64,000 nucleotides of DNA, from positions 76,837 to 140,836 of the IMG/VR virus record IMGVR_UViG_3300037424_001372; one strand, 5' to 3'. The DNA is from a virus (lineage: Duplodnaviria > Heunggongvirae > Uroviricota > Caudoviricetes). The notes under the pieces are model-generated. The model ran no database searches, had not been told where the DNA came from, and saw only the letters and a program-made list of their open reading frames with translations. Every line of letters begins with the position of its first letter. Positions within the stretch are counted from its first letter, which is position 1. The position numbers and the translations under genes are program-made. Shown piece by piece: positions 18,596 to 28,758 of this stretch.

Positions 18596-20137
18596 CTATA
18601 ATATTAATTCATATTTAAAATTACCACAATCATAAATTCTAGGTATTTTTCTATCTAACATTATTTCATGTTCGGATTTATTTAAATCAAAGCCCTCTTG
18701 AATTAAGTTACTTTTTCTAAAATTAAATCGATGTTTACGTTGTTTATTTATTACATAAAAATAATTTGGTGGTGTAATCTTTGTTTGTTTAAAATTTAAT
18801 TTTTCATATAAATTACCGTTTGAATATCTTCTATTCGCATATGTAATAATTTTATTTGGTTTATTTTTTTTTATAAAAAAATCTAATAATTTAGATGCTC
18901 CTCCAATAACAGAAGTATTTAACTTATTACAAAATCTCAATAATTCATAATCATTTAAATTTGATTTTGAGCCTAAAATATTTCTTAAATTACCGAAAGT
19001 CATTATCGAAACTAATTCATTATTATATAATAATCCAATATTATATTTACCATTAACATTTCCTTGAATATGATTTTTTTCTAAAAAATCTTTGGTAGTA
19101 ATATTATCGATATAAGTGATTTCACATTTTCGGGCAAATATTTTAATTTTTGTTAAATTTAATTTATTTAATATTATGGATTCAACAATATTAAATTTTT
19201 CAATAATTTCGTCTTCAAAAAATTGTAATAAATCATAATTAATGTCATTACATTTATTTAGTTTATTTATATGATAATGTTTATCAACATAATATTCTGA
19301 ATGCCAATGTAATCCATTAATTTCAATTCCAATATTTTTTTCAGGAATTAAAATATCGATTTCAAGATTTTTTAACAGTTTTCTATCATTAGCAATATAA
19401 TTCACATTATTAATATTAAGAAAATTACCTATTTTTAATTCTAATGTTGATTTGGGTGCAGAAACCGGTAATAATATTGTCGATAATTCAACATTATGAT
19501 TTAAACGATTAACTAATAACTTTCTATGATTTTCAAAAATATGTCCATCTGGATGTTGAATTTTAATATTATCATTATTAAAGTCAATTATTTTATAATT
19601 GATTTCTGCAAACCTTTGTATTAGATTTAAATTTCTTTTATTAATTATTGTTGCACGTGCTTTTTTTATTGAATCATGATTATTGTGTTTTATTTTATTT
19701 TGAATCGATTTTAATTTAAACAATGAATCAACACCATATTTTAACATCAAAGATTCTTTGCTTTTTTGTATTCTATTATTTTTATTTTCAATATTATTAT
19801 TCCAAATATTCCTACATAAAATTGAACAAAATTTTTTATCGTATTTTATCCTTTCTTTAAATTCATTTCCACATATTAAACAAATTCTATTCTCAGTACT
19901 ATTAACATGTTTAGCCTCTCCAGAACATTTATATGAACAATATTTTTTATTTTCTTTTATTTTAGATTTAAACAATTTACTACAATTTTGACATTCTTTC
20001 ATTTCAAAGAAAATTTCGTCTTTTTTTAATCTAAATTGTTTTTTACATTCATTAGAACAAGTTTTTTTTTCTTTTCCTTTTCTAACTTCAAAAGATTTGC
20101 CACAATTTTCACATATCATATTTACAATAACTGCCAT
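18596..20137 (-). CDS. Free-standing endonuclease, paralog C: 3 CxxC...CSxxC Zn fingers, 1 repeat, Vsr-like nuclease, Mom-like GNAT domain
   Basis: CENC..TCSNEC, CQNC..YCSYKC, CLIC..FCSILC; KYGVDSLFK; EIDILIPEKNIGIEINGLHWHS; GNAT motifs as in the other paralogs. Confidence 0.75.
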   Translation of the reverse strand: MAVIVNMICENCGKSFEVRKGKEKKTCSNECKKQFRLKKDEIFFEMKECQNCSKLFKSKIKENKKYCSYKCSGEAKHVNSTENRICLICGNEFKERIKYDKKFCSILCRNIWNNNIENKNNRIQKSKESLMLKYGVDSLFKLKSIQNKIKHNNHDSIKKARATIINKRNLNLIQRFAEINYKIIDFNNDNIKIQHPDGHIFENHRKLLVNRLNHNVELSTILLPVSAPKSTLELKIGNFLNINNVNYIANDRKLLKNLEIDILIPEKNIGIEINGLHWHSEYYVDKHYHINKLNKCNDINYDLLQFFEDEIIEKFNIVESIILNKLNLTKIKIFARKCEITYIDNITTKDFLEKNHIQGNVNGKYNIGLLYNNELVSIMTFGNLRNILGSKSNLNDYELLRFCNKLNTSVIGGASKLLDFFIKKNKPNKIITYANRRYSNGNLYEKLNFKQTKITPPNYFYVINKQRKHRFNFRKSNLIQEGFDLNKSEHEIMLDRKIPRIYDCGNFKYELIL

Positions 20138-20230
20138 TTTGATGAAATTTAATTTAATGTTATTAGTTACACATAATTACTAATTAAATTTATAATTGTT
20201 TCATTTTTTTATTATTTATTTAATTATTTA

Positions 20231-20238
20231 GTATTTAT
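20231..20238 (+). promoter_or_regulatory. Putative late promoter GTATTTAT
   Basis: 17 nt upstream of ATG 20256. Confidence 0.65.
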
Positions 20239-20255
20239 AATAAAACCATAATAAA

Positions 20256-20462
20256 ATGAGTGAAAAAAATATTTTAAATCAAGTCAGTAAACTAATTGTA
20301 GGTACAAGTAATAATAAAATTATTCCTGCAACTGAAACAAAATCAGAAGAAATAATTTCTTTAATTAAACAAATTGATGAACCTAAAAAAGTTAAAACAT
20401 TATCAGAATTAACAGAAAAAGAACTTAGGCATTATAAAAGAACAGGTTTATTACCACAATAA
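20256..20462 (+). CDS. Small hypothetical late protein
   Basis: 68-aa ORF with a late motif and an A-rich start context. Confidence 0.6.
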   Translation: MSEKNILNQVSKLIVGTSNNKIIPATETKSEEIISLIKQIDEPKKVKTLSELTEKELRHYKRTGLLPQ

Positions 20463-20476
20463 TTTTAAATGTGTAA

Positions 20477-20484
20477 GTATTTAT
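20477..20484 (+). promoter_or_regulatory. Putative late promoter GTATTTAT
   Basis: Upstream of the tail tube gene. Confidence 0.65.
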
Positions 20485-20523
20485 AATAAATAAACTGAAA
20501 ACATATTATCAAAATAAAATAAA

Positions 20524-21021
20524 ATGGCAGCAGAAGAAACTATGATTAGAACGATGCCGTTCGATTATGAACCAAAAAGAACGAATCGATTTTTTGCAGT
20601 ATTCGATGATTCTTTAGGTATTCAAGTTTGGAAAGTTCAAAAATTCAAAAGACCGTCAATGAAAATAAATTCAGTTCCTATTCAATATATGAATGAACAG
20701 AATTATGTGGCTGGTCGATATACTTGGGATACGATGTCAATAACTTTTCTTGACCCGATAGGTCCTTCAACCTCACAACAATTAATGGAATGGGTTCGTT
20801 TACATGCGGAATCACTTACAGGTCGTATGGGTTATGCTGCGGGTTATAAAAAAGACATTGTGTTAAAATCTCTTGACCCAACAGGTGTTGAAGTTGAAAA
20901 ATGGTTTTTAGAACAATGTATGATTACAAGCATTGACTTTGGTGAAAATGATTATGGTAATGATGAGTTAACTAATGTCAGTTTAGAAATCCAGCCGTGG
21001 AGGTGCGTACTTAACGTATAA
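20524..21021 (+). CDS. Tail tube protein (T4 gp19-like)
   Basis: EPKRTNRF, RPS..., YVAGRYTWDTMSITFLDPI, MEW, YKKDI.L..LDPTG..VEKW.L; follows the sheath gene. Confidence 0.9.
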   Translation: MAAEETMIRTMPFDYEPKRTNRFFAVFDDSLGIQVWKVQKFKRPSMKINSVPIQYMNEQNYVAGRYTWDTMSITFLDPIGPSTSQQLMEWVRLHAESLTGRMGYAAGYKKDIVLKSLDPTGVEVEKWFLEQCMITSIDFGENDYGNDELTNVSLEIQPWRCVLNV

Positions 21022-21102
21022 TTATCTGAAAATTATTATGTCAAACAAGCTACAATTAATTTAACAAATAATAGAAAATGTTGAAATTATATTTAATACA
21101 AT

Positions 21103-21134
21103 AAAAGGCTATTCGTTTGAATGGCCTTTTTTAT
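21103..21134. terminator. Bidirectional terminator
   Basis: AAAAGGCTATTC-GTTT-GAATGGCCTTTTTT. Confidence 0.8.
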
Positions 21135-21499
21135 TTTAATAAATCATCACAATCAAATCTCCAAAATTTATTGCCAAAATGAGTAATACCTTTTGTATCA
21201 GTATTTTCATTAATTTTTTTTATTTCAGTCCAATCATCATCTAAATGCCAAATAAAATCTTTATTTAAAAAGAAAGTAAATTTAGATTTTAAATTAAGAA
21301 AAATTACTTGATTTTTGGGTATGTTTAAATATTTAACTACTTGCCACAAATCAAGATTCCTGCTTTTATTAGGAGCATCTTCATCACAAGGTCTTTGTGT
21401 ACAAATCCAAACATCAATACCTTGATTAATTAATTCTTTAGCATAAGTCTTAATAGTTATTATATCAAGAGTATTATCGAAATCAAAACATACTTTCAT
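21131..21499 (-). CDS. HAD-superfamily hydrolase
   Basis: CFDFDNTL (motif I), WICTQR (motif II), HLDDD (motif IV). Confidence 0.75.
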   Translation of the reverse strand: MKVCFDFDNTLDIITIKTYAKELINQGIDVWICTQRPCDEDAPNKSRNLDLWQVVKYLNIPKNQVIFLNLKSKFTFFLNKDFIWHLDDDWTEIKKINENTDTKGITHFGNKFWRFDCDDLLK

Positions 21500-21536
21500 A
21501 TTATGAAATTCAGAACGGTGTCAATATTCATAACGA

Positions 21537-21566
21537 CAAATATACGAAAGATTTAGTTAATAACAA
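21537..21566 (-). promoter_or_regulatory. Bacteroidota-type promoter TTG-N19-TATATTTG
   Basis: CAAATATA at 21537-21544 and CAA at 21564-21566 on the + strand. Confidence 0.55.
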
Positions 21567-22440
21567 TATTCTTTTGCATAATCTGTTCAAATCGGATATT
21601 TTCAAGTTTATTAATTATTGAAGTTTTATCTGCTGGTAATCCCGAATAACCGTGAATATGTGCAATTAACGCTGTTCTAATAATTTCAAGAGCTTCTACC
21701 AATACATCAGCACGAGCAATTGGATGACCTTCTTCAAATATTCGTTCTCTATCTTTAGGTGTTAATCTTGCTGATTTAAAATTAGGTTTACCGTCATGAC
21801 TAATTATAGCAATTTTATCGCTTTGAATGATGGTATTGCTATAATAATCTTTATTATCATATGGTTCATAAACCATATGTATAGATGCAGGATTAGTTGT
21901 ATTTAATTTTAAAATATCATTATTTTCATGTTTACCTGCTCTAATATGAATTTCATTTAATCTTAAAATAATATCGGTATTAACTTTACCAATGATTGCA
22001 ACATCTGTTTTTAATGGAAACACACCATCCGCATCAGGATATGTACTTGGAGCTTTTTCGGGATTAGTTAATCCTAAATTAGTTGTTGATAATGCAGTGA
22101 ATTTACCATCATATCCAATTTTTTGTGGTTGCGAAATAACACTACCTAACCAAAATCGACTTCTATATGGAAATTTATTATCTTCAACCAAAACCCTAAC
22201 AATTTCACCTATCTGAGGCATTACATGGAAAAATTTAGGTAAAAAGGGATAACATAATGGTAAATCAGTATCATTAGTACGATTATCTAATTCGGCAATT
22301 CTAACTTTAATATTACCACCATCAGTATTATCTGTTATATCAATAACTTCCCCATAAAATATTGTTCTATTTCTGACAATACTAGTACTTTCAGGTTTAT
22401 AAGGATTACTCCTTTGTATTATAGGTTTATCAAATGACAT
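21553..22440 (-). CDS. Baseplate hub/spike protein with a gp5/VgrG-like N-terminal OB fold
   Basis: GEVIDITD..DGG.IKVRI...LP.C.P.LP...MPQIGE.V.V....R.WLG; C-terminal HIHGY. Confidence 0.7.
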   Translation of the reverse strand: MSFDKPIIQRSNPYKPESTSIVRNRTIFYGEVIDITDNTDGGNIKVRIAELDNRTNDTDLPLCYPFLPKFFHVMPQIGEIVRVLVEDNKFPYRSRFWLGSVISQPQKIGYDGKFTALSTTNLGLTNPEKAPSTYPDADGVFPLKTDVAIIGKVNTDIILRLNEIHIRAGKHENNDILKLNTTNPASIHMVYEPYDNKDYYSNTIIQSDKIAIISHDGKPNFKSARLTPKDRERIFEEGHPIARADVLVEALEIIRTALIAHIHGYSGLPADKTSIINKLENIRFEQIMQKNIVIN

Positions 22441-22643
22441 TATTCCACTAATTTTTCAACAATTTCAACATAATTTTCTTCAAGTTTTTTTAATTCTTGA
22501 ACTTTATCGTTCAACATATTTTCAAGTACTTCCATATCATGACTTAAATCAATAATTTCTTGTCTAACACCATCATGTTTAGATTTTATATCATTACCCA
22601 TTTTTTGAAGTTCAATCAGCGTATATTTACTTAAATCATTCAT
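22440..22643 (-). CDS. Small coiled-coil protein
   Basis: Heptad-like sequence; TAATG coupling to its neighbours. Confidence 0.6.
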   Translation of the reverse strand: MNDLSKYTLIELQKMGNDIKSKHDGVRQEIIDLSHDMEVLENMLNDKVQELKKLEENYVEIVEKLVE

Positions 22644-23050
22644 TATTGTGCTACTCCATAACCTTTTATAAATGTTATTGTTGAACCAAATACTGTAACA
22701 GGTCCTGATGGAGAAGTTCCTGCTGCAGTAAGTGTGATTCCCGGAGGTACTGCAATACTAATAATCATTTCTTGTTGAATAGCTTTTATGATTTCTTCAA
22801 TACGTATTCTTTCCATAATTTCATCAGGATTTGTTTCACCCGATGGTAATGCTCCAACAGGTAATCCTGCTTCAGATTTTCTACTAATAATTCTTGAAGC
22901 AATTTTTGTTGGTGATAACCCTGAACGCTGTGGTACACCAACTAATATAAGAGGTGTTGGTACAGGTGGGGGACCACCTACAGAAGATAAACTAAGTACT
23001 TTCGTAAATCCACCAATTATTGATTCAATATTATTGAAATTAATTGCCAT
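22643..23050 (-). CDS. Putative baseplate-associated protein
   Basis: Coupled operon upstream of the gp5-like gene; G/P/T-rich C-terminus. Confidence 0.45.
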   Translation of the reverse strand: MAINFNNIESIIGGFTKVLSLSSVGGPPPVPTPLILVGVPQRSGLSPTKIASRIISRKSEAGLPVGALPSGETNPDEIMERIRIEEIIKAIQQEMIISIAVPPGITLTAAGTSPSGPVTVFGSTITFIKGYGVAQ

Positions 23051-23226
23051 TACTTATTTTTTAAATCTTTAATACTAATCCATATCCAACCTAAAAACAA
23101 TTCAATACATATTCTTCTAAACCAATTTGGTTTAGAAGTAGTTGCTAATTGAGTACCTTCCTTATCACCATTATCGATAAGGTAAACTCCAATAAATTGT
23201 TTATTTAATTTTTGATCTACTATCAT
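23050..23226 (-). CDS. Small hypothetical protein (58 aa, not in the ORF track)
   Basis: Hand translation: MIVDQKLNKQFIGVYLIDNGDKEGTQLATTSKPNWFRRICIELFLGWIWISIKDLKNK*. TAATG overlap with the next gene. Confidence 0.7.
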   Translation of the reverse strand: MIVDQKLNKQFIGVYLIDNGDKEGTQLATTSKPNWFRRICIELFLGWIWISIKDLKNK

Positions 23227-23242
23227 AATAATATATTTTAAT

Positions 23243-24574
23243 TTAAATTAATTTATTTGCACCAACTAAACTTTTTAATATTCCTAAATATTGATTTATT
23301 TTTTCTTTAATAACCCTTTTTATTACAGGTGTTAATAATTTCATTAAATATCCAACTGTAATATTAAAAATAAATTCAGAAATGTTGGCCGAAATTTCTT
23401 TAGCAACACAATTAATAAAAACATCAAATTTTTTCATATCCTCATCAGGGCTACTTATTGAAGTAATACCATCGTTTTGAAACGAACTCATTAATGCAAA
23501 TAATGTTCTGACTTGTGGTGTTGATATAGATTGTTCAATCATTTTTATTGTAAATAAATTAATAATTCCCTGAAAGAAGCTATCTTTAATAGTTTCTTTA
23601 TTTTCAATGGTATTATCTATACTGTTAGTATCTCCACTAGTACTTTGATTAATAGTATTACCAATTTGATTTCCAATCAAAAATGGGTCGGTTGTCCCAG
23701 ATATTGTTGTAATTAAATTATTAAAATCATTAAAACTTAATTCGGCAGCCATTAAACCACACCCTAAATCATAATTGATAATTCCTGTTGATAATTCTTG
23801 AGCTTTAGTTAATAAATTATTATATTCGTCAGAAGGTATATTATAAGCATCTTCTTCATCATTAAGTACTCGTTCAATAATAATATCTACTTTAAGTTCG
23901 TTATATATTTGGTCAACAGTTTTTTCTTGATTACTAGACAGCGTACCATAAAAAGCATCCATCACAGTAGTCATAATTTCTTTTTTATTTAAAATTTCAG
24001 TATTGTTTATATATGTTTCAAAATATTCACCAATAGTTGGATTAGTATTATCTATATTTGGTATGATTTGTATTGAATCATTTGATTCTATATATTTAAT
24101 GGACATATTATTATATATCTCATAACCACCATTATTTAATATAGCATCATATGAAGTCTTATCAAAACTTTTTTTTGTAGAATCATATAACATACTACCG
24201 GTATCCGAATCAGGATTAATTTTTAATTTTCCTTTATAGTCAATATCTTTTACAGGTAATGATATTCCAGAATTTTTAAAACTAGTCGGTAAAGCATCAC
24301 TAGCATTTGTTTGAATTAACTGTTTTTTTAAAGCTTCCTTAATTTTAGGTTCTGAATTTTCTATTAAAGTTGTGAACATAGCTCCAATAAGTTCGACTAA
24401 AGCAGTACTTCCTGCAACAGTTTTTAAAATATCCAATAAAAAAGATGTGGTATCATTTTTATTATTAATTGATGAAAATGAATCAATTTTACGTGACGAT
24501 TTTTTTAATTCTTTTAATGAATTATATGAACCAATGGTTGTGAAAACATTTCGTTTATCGTCTGCAATACTCAT
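23243..24574 (-). CDS. Hypothetical (probably virion) protein
   Basis: 443-aa ORF in a late operon with the gp5-like gene. Confidence 0.5.
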   Translation of the reverse strand: MSIADDKRNVFTTIGSYNSLKELKKSSRKIDSFSSINNKNDTTSFLLDILKTVAGSTALVELIGAMFTTLIENSEPKIKEALKKQLIQTNASDALPTSFKNSGISLPVKDIDYKGKLKINPDSDTGSMLYDSTKKSFDKTSYDAILNNGGYEIYNNMSIKYIESNDSIQIIPNIDNTNPTIGEYFETYINNTEILNKKEIMTTVMDAFYGTLSSNQEKTVDQIYNELKVDIIIERVLNDEEDAYNIPSDEYNNLLTKAQELSTGIINYDLGCGLMAAELSFNDFNNLITTISGTTDPFLIGNQIGNTINQSTSGDTNSIDNTIENKETIKDSFFQGIINLFTIKMIEQSISTPQVRTLFALMSSFQNDGITSISSPDEDMKKFDVFINCVAKEISANISEFIFNITVGYLMKLLTPVIKRVIKEKINQYLGILKSLVGANKLI

Positions 24575-24580
24575 TTAATA

Positions 24581-24967
24581 TTAATTTTTAAATTTCTTTT
24601 TTTCTAATTCATTTTGAACCATTGACAATAATTCATTTCTTCTATCAGTACTAACATCACCGGATGATTCACCACTATTATTGGTATTTGAATTATTGGG
24701 GTTATTGTTGGTACCATCAAAAACAACCTCTTTTAAATACTTTAACAACATTATTTTTTGATCTTGGTTTTTAGCTGCTGCTGCAATTAATTTAACAACT
24801 TGATCGCCAATAGCTGCGATCTCACCACCTTCTTTAACTTTATTTTCCCATTTAGTAAATAGTCTTGTAATAATTGCTTTAATGTTATGAGATTCATTGT
24901 AAATTTCTTGTAATAATTCATTTACACTATGTTCATCAAACATTATTTTTTTTCGGGTTGGTCTCAT
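24581..24967 (-). CDS. Helical protein, possibly terminase small subunit-like
   Basis: Two long amphipathic helices and a flexible tail, as in T4 gp16-type proteins; weak similarity by eye only. Confidence 0.3.
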   Translation of the reverse strand: MRPTRKKIMFDEHSVNELLQEIYNESHNIKAIITRLFTKWENKVKEGGEIAAIGDQVVKLIAAAAKNQDQKIMLLKYLKEVVFDGTNNNPNNSNTNNSGESSGDVSTDRRNELLSMVQNELEKKKFKN

Positions 24968-25053
24968 ATGTTAAAATTTATTTCCTTTTGTTTATTATCT
25001 ATAGTAAATTCAGAATACTCTTTTTTAAAATTACAACAAATACAAATTTTCAT
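24964..25053 (-). pseudogene. 29-codon mini-ORF, probable relic of a Zn-ribbon endonuclease N-terminus
   Basis: MKICICCNFKKEYSEFTIDNKQKEINFNI*. ATGA overlap with the 24967 gene; starts 19 nt below a late motif. Confidence 0.4.
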
Positions 25054-25072
25054 TTCAATTGTTTTAGTACAT

Positions 25073-25080
25073 ATAAATAC
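25073..25080 (-). promoter_or_regulatory. Putative late promoter GTATTTAT
   Basis: Heads the 25053-21553 minus-strand operon. Confidence 0.6.
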
Positions 25081-25157
25081 TATTTAATTATTTTTATTAA
25101 AAATGATTAAATGTGTTGCTTAATATTGATTGTTTTAATAATAGTTAAATAAAAATA

Positions 25158-26012
25158 TTAATCATCTAAACATTCTAATTTTTTAAGAAGATAAATATCT
25201 TTAAATGGTTTAATCCCTACTCTAATTTCTTTTGTGGTCAGCCCTGTTTGTTCTTTCAAATAAAATAAAATTTTATTTTTAGCAAATTTATTAGTAACTT
25301 TTTTATCGTATTTTCCTTCGGAAGTATCTTCCATGAATAAAACTTCCCAATTTTTTAAAACATTAACAATCGCATATCCAACGAGAGATTCGTTCTTTTT
25401 TATCAATAAATCATTTTCAATACGTTCTTCAATTTTATTAGCAATATCTACAATTAATTTTTCTAATTTAAATTGATTTTCAAATTCGATTTCATATGTA
25501 AAATCATTAATATCATTAATTTCATCAAGATATTCATCAAAATTTAAATTAATTTTCTTCTCAATATAACTTTTTTTACTATGATCTTTATAGTGATTTC
25601 TTATAATGGTTTGACAATAACTAAATGCACTTGCATAAAATATCCTATAATCATCATTATTGATTATTTTAAGTGAATCCTGAGCATCAATTATATTAAA
25701 AAATCTATAATCATTACCCATCCTAACCCATTTATTATTACCAACATTTTGTTCAATAATATATGGTCTATATTTAACAATATTTTCAATCAAATGAGTT
25801 AATGCATTTGATTCAACCACATTCATATCGTAATTACCGATATGAATGGGGTATTTCCTTAATATTGATTCGATCATTATTCGAAATGGTTTAATCAATA
25901 TTTCGTTATATATCTTATTTTTTTCTTCAAATAAATCAGATTTAATGTAATCTAAAACTGCTTGTTCTTCGCGTTCTGCAAAATATTGTAATGTAATCTC
26001 ACTTTTTATCAT
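25158..26012 (-). CDS. Putative phage sigma factor for late transcription (T4 gp55-like)
   Basis: Sigma region-2-like '...MIESILRKY...VESNALTHLIENIVKYRP...SAFSYCQTIIRNHY', comparable to gp55 '...NPHAYITQACFNAF', with an insertion of about 45 aa. Confidence 0.55.
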   Translation of the reverse strand: MIKSEITLQYFAEREEQAVLDYIKSDLFEEKNKIYNEILIKPFRIMIESILRKYPIHIGNYDMNVVESNALTHLIENIVKYRPYIIEQNVGNNKWVRMGNDYRFFNIIDAQDSLKIINNDDYRIFYASAFSYCQTIIRNHYKDHSKKSYIEKKINLNFDEYLDEINDINDFTYEIEFENQFKLEKLIVDIANKIEERIENDLLIKKNESLVGYAIVNVLKNWEVLFMEDTSEGKYDKKVTNKFAKNKILFYLKEQTGLTTKEIRVGIKPFKDIYLLKKLECLDD

Positions 26013-26039
26013 TATTCATAACATCAAACAATAAAATTA

Positions 26040-26849
26040 TTATTCAACGATTTTAGTAATTTTACTTAAATCAATTAGTCTATCTGTGGTGAAATTAGAT
26101 TCTTTATTTGCTGTTTCAAACCAAAATTTTCTTTCAACAACTGACATATTTCTCAAATATTCTGAAAACATACTTCCATCACGAGAAGCTAAGTGTTTAT
26201 AACCTATTTTAGGTATTGAATATATTTTACATGCATTATTTAACGCTCTCAATAAAAATTCATACATAAAAGTTAATTTAATATTAGTTTTATATTTACC
26301 AATATTTTTAAATTCAGATGTTTTAATAATTGCGCCAGATAATTTAAAATCTGTGTATTGTTTCAATGCATTAAGATTAAGATAGCCCATTTCACCATTT
26401 TCACCAATAAATTGTTGTGCCCAAACAGTTTCATTAGTTAGTTTTATTGCATGATTTTCATCATTAACCTCGATCATCATTGTTAAAAAAATATCTACTT
26501 CTGGATATGATTTAGTATACTTTTCAACATTTTTAAAATAAGTATTAGCATATTCATCATCAAATTCAAGTACTGAAAAATATTCTGTTGAAATTAAATC
26601 AACGGCAAGATTTACTTGTGATTGGTAATCAATATTACCAAAATTAGTGATAAATCGAATTTGAGGATATATAGATTCTGTATTTAGAACAGATGATAAT
26701 AATTCAATCACTTCTTTAGGTCCAACCACAATTATCTCCGGGATTGTATTAACATTTTCTTGTTTAAAAACAGAATTAATTGATTTTTTTACTAATGATA
26801 ACACATTATCATTATATTCATGTATTGGAATAATTACGCTCGTATTCAT
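26040..26849 (-). CDS. Glycosyltransferase family 2 (GT-A)
   Basis: SVIIPIHE, SINSVFKQ, EIIVV, VNLAV, YFSVLEFDD, YEFLLRAL. Confidence 0.85.
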   Translation of the reverse strand: MNTSVIIPIHEYNDNVLSLVKKSINSVFKQENVNTIPEIIVVGPKEVIELLSSVLNTESIYPQIRFITNFGNIDYQSQVNLAVDLISTEYFSVLEFDDEYANTYFKNVEKYTKSYPEVDIFLTMMIEVNDENHAIKLTNETVWAQQFIGENGEMGYLNLNALKQYTDFKLSGAIIKTSEFKNIGKYKTNIKLTFMYEFLLRALNNACKIYSIPKIGYKHLASRDGSMFSEYLRNMSVVERKFWFETANKESNFTTDRLIDLSKITKIVE

Positions 26850-26876
26850 TGTTTATATTTTAGTTAAAAAATTAGA

Positions 26877-28016
26877 TTATTTTAAAGTATTTGAATTAAT
26901 TATTGAATTAAATAAACCGATTCGCTTATTAATTAAACTATTATAAATTTCAATAAGGCGATTTTCACTATCATTTTGATTATATTTAGCAACAACCTTG
27001 TCCATGTTTTCATATACTTCTGCAGGAATATTATCATCTAAAAATTTTATCAATACATCACCAGTTAATAACGGTAAATCATAATAATTTTCGGTCCAAA
27101 CACCAGCATTATTAATAGCTTTAACAGGATTACCGTTTTCATCTCTTTCAATCATATAATCTGGCATAATATCTGGTTTTAAACAAATCGGAATAGTGCC
27201 AACTTTCATACATTCGAGAGGAAATGTACCAAATGATGAAATCCTATCAATCCAAATAGCTGCAAAATTATTTTGAAGTCTTTTAGCAAAATCTACTCGT
27301 CTCATTGGTTGAGGGGGTTTGCTCCTAGTTACCATTGGGTCAAATGTTACCCAATTATAATGGGGATACTTATTAAAAAATAATTTAACAAATTTAGATA
27401 TTTCATTAGCATTTCTACCGATTACAGATATTACAGGCTTTTGTGGTTTATCATTTTTTTCAAAATATTCTGGTATACCAATATTATATGTTTCCACATT
27501 ATATTTTTCACCATAATAAGATAAAAACAAATCTTTAAGAGTTTGTGAAGTAGTAATAACCTCATTAATACCAAAAGAAGACCAATCAGTTCCGGGTATT
27601 AATGAACTTACCATATAATCAATAGATTGTAATAATCCTACTCTTAAACATGGTAAATTTTTTGTTTGTTCCATAACATTTGAAAATACTTCAGGTATGA
27701 TCATAATATCTTCAGAAGAAACAGTAATTTTAGGGTCGGCCATTGGTACATGTTTATGATTGGTCAATTCTTTTTCAATCCATATTGGTGCGACATAGTC
27801 ACCCTTTTCTACCATGATTATAACATCATACCCTAAATTTTTTACAACTGTTGCATGAAAATAAATTTCATATATACTTGCTGCAGGACTTTGAGATTCT
27901 GGTATAACAAATAAAAATTTTGATTTTTTATTTTCTAAATTACTTAGAGAAAGTTTAATTTTCTCAATTTTCTCAATTTCAGCTTGCTCTACTGATTTGT
28001 TTAACATTTCGTTCAT
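26877..28016 (-). CDS. Putative GT-B fold glycosyltransferase
   Basis: DIMIIPE and C-terminal 'FA..L...A.IWID..SSFGTFPLECMKVGTIPI' (E-x7-E-like GT-B motif region). Confidence 0.7.
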   Translation of the reverse strand: MNEMLNKSVEQAEIEKIEKIKLSLSNLENKKSKFLFVIPESQSPAASIYEIYFHATVVKNLGYDVIIMVEKGDYVAPIWIEKELTNHKHVPMADPKITVSSEDIMIIPEVFSNVMEQTKNLPCLRVGLLQSIDYMVSSLIPGTDWSSFGINEVITTSQTLKDLFLSYYGEKYNVETYNIGIPEYFEKNDKPQKPVISVIGRNANEISKFVKLFFNKYPHYNWVTFDPMVTRSKPPQPMRRVDFAKRLQNNFAAIWIDRISSFGTFPLECMKVGTIPICLKPDIMPDYMIERDENGNPVKAINNAGVWTENYYDLPLLTGDVLIKFLDDNIPAEVYENMDKVVAKYNQNDSENRLIEIYNSLINKRIGLFNSIINSNTLK

Positions 28017-28017
28017 T

Positions 28018-28758
28018 TTATTTTAATTTCTTATATTTAATTATTTTTTCAAATTCAACATGATTTATTAAATCAGCTAGTTGTAATTCTTCAATACAAT
28101 TTAATTTAATATCAATATTGTATGGTCGTTTAATTTTAATAATTTTCTTACCCCAAGGAGCACCTATTTTCAAAATTTCGGGATCGGATGTTATCAGAAC
28201 ATCGACTTCTTTCCACATGTCAATATTATTATCAATAAAAACATAATTTTTAAAACGACTACTAATCTTACTTAAAAAGAATAATGTCGGTGGAATACTA
28301 AATTTATTTTCAACAGATAATATTGTAAAATCAACAGTATTACCATATTTAAGTAAAAAATTATTAACATCTAAATCTAATTGAGGATACATTTTCGGTG
28401 CAGAGCCATGTATCTCAAAAAGGAAATCTTCATACATAAAACGATTATAAACTTCTCGTGCCGATAATTTCACTTTTTCGGTTGATTTAAATAATAAAAA
28501 ATCTGCTGCCGCTTCACCATTTTCATCGACCCTATAATCAATAGGGTTAATGTGTTCAGGTGTTTCTTCAGGTTCTCTCATTTCTTTAATTTCTTCAACA
28601 GTATCATTCCATTTATATGATTTAAAAAAATCATACGTATATGGTTGTTCATTAGGAATTCCTTCTTCACCAAATTCTTGGGCATAGAATCGATCAAATT
28701 GTAACCATTTTGCTCTTAAAATTTCATCAACTACAATTCCAACCTTTAATTTACTCAT
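28018..28758 (-). CDS. 5'(3')-deoxyribonucleotidase-like HAD-fold protein
   Basis: KVGIVVDEILR (degenerate motif I), DVLIT..P, KIKRPYN. Confidence 0.5.
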   Translation of the reverse strand: MSKLKVGIVVDEILRAKWLQFDRFYAQEFGEEGIPNEQPYTYDFFKSYKWNDTVEEIKEMREPEETPEHINPIDYRVDENGEAAADFLLFKSTEKVKLSAREVYNRFMYEDFLFEIHGSAPKMYPQLDLDVNNFLLKYGNTVDFTILSVENKFSIPPTLFFLSKISSRFKNYVFIDNNIDMWKEVDVLITSDPEILKIGAPWGKKIIKIKRPYNIDIKLNCIEELQLADLINHVEFEKIIKYKKLK

